Shown: positions 23,941 through 24,000 of the stretch, piece by piece
Position numbering within the stretch: the stretch's first letter is position 1
Layout: every line of letters starts with the position of its first letter
Source: Phycisphaerae bacterium
GTDB taxonomy: Bacteria > Planctomycetota > Phycisphaerae > UBA1845 > PWPN01
NCBI GenBank assembly: GCA_035477895.1
Contig: DATIKE010000542.1
Location: forward strand, 1-24,000
Length of the DNA stretch: 24,000 nucleotides
Direction: 5' to 3'
Program-made: the position numbers and the translations under genes
Notes under the pieces: generated by a model
The model's database searches: none
Told to the model about the DNA's origin: nothing
The model's input: the letters and a program-made list of their open reading frames with translations, nothing else

Positions 23941-24000
23941 CCAGGCGAATTCGTCGAAGCGGCACGGCCTGCGGCCAAGCCGGCCGCCCGGGGAAGGCGT

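Noticed and set aside
1-24000. Search for CRISPR arrays, IS elements, integrases, phage genes or toxin-antitoxin pairs
   Set aside because: I found no regularly spaced direct repeats, no transposase- or integrase-like translations, and no terminal inverted repeats flanking any segment. The window reads as core chromosome.

Overview
GC-rich bacterial chromosomal window (about two-thirds G+C by eye, not computed), densely packed with housekeeping genes on both strands. Gene content (HYExAFE-like protein, SpoVG variant, weak Shine-Dalgarno usage, many GTG/TTG starts) suggests Planctomycetota or a relative; that is inference only. Order of calls: rnr (5' part, -), ArsR-family regulator (+), FabF-like ketosynthase and bioB (-, overlapping stop/start), three small membrane or secreted proteins (-), PD-(D/E)xK HYExAFE-like protein (-), hisS (-), rsmD and cca (+), MsbA-like ABC exporter with a large PDZ-like loop insertion (+), a 76-aa ORF plus a SPASM-like startless ORF remnant (-), ubiB (-), B12-binding radical SAM protein (-), infA (-), rsmB (+), small TM protein (+), 59-aa zinc-ribbon protein missing from the ORF track (-), ispE and a SpoVG variant (+), TM/coiled-coil protein (-), GcvR-like ACT protein (-), UbiA-family decaprenyl-phosphate phosphoribosyltransferase-like protein (+). 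I saw no rRNA, tRNA, CRISPR array, transposase or integrase. There is no obvious defence or mobile island. The items most worth follow-up are: (1) a ~600-bp non-coding gap ending in a strong orphan intrinsic terminator, a candidate ncRNA or leader; (2) interleaved perfect inverted repeats at 17852-17908 whose core recurs as an 18-bp palindrome at 23770-23787; (3) a 36% GC patch inside the ketosynthase gene; (4) unusual domain architectures in SpoVG and the ABC exporter; (5) an uncharacterised small-membrane-protein module upstream of bioB; (6) the SPASM-like remnant downstream of ubiB. Many long ORFs in the track are antisense shadow ORFs and were rejected. Several track starts are GTG/TTG or over-extended and were re-set.
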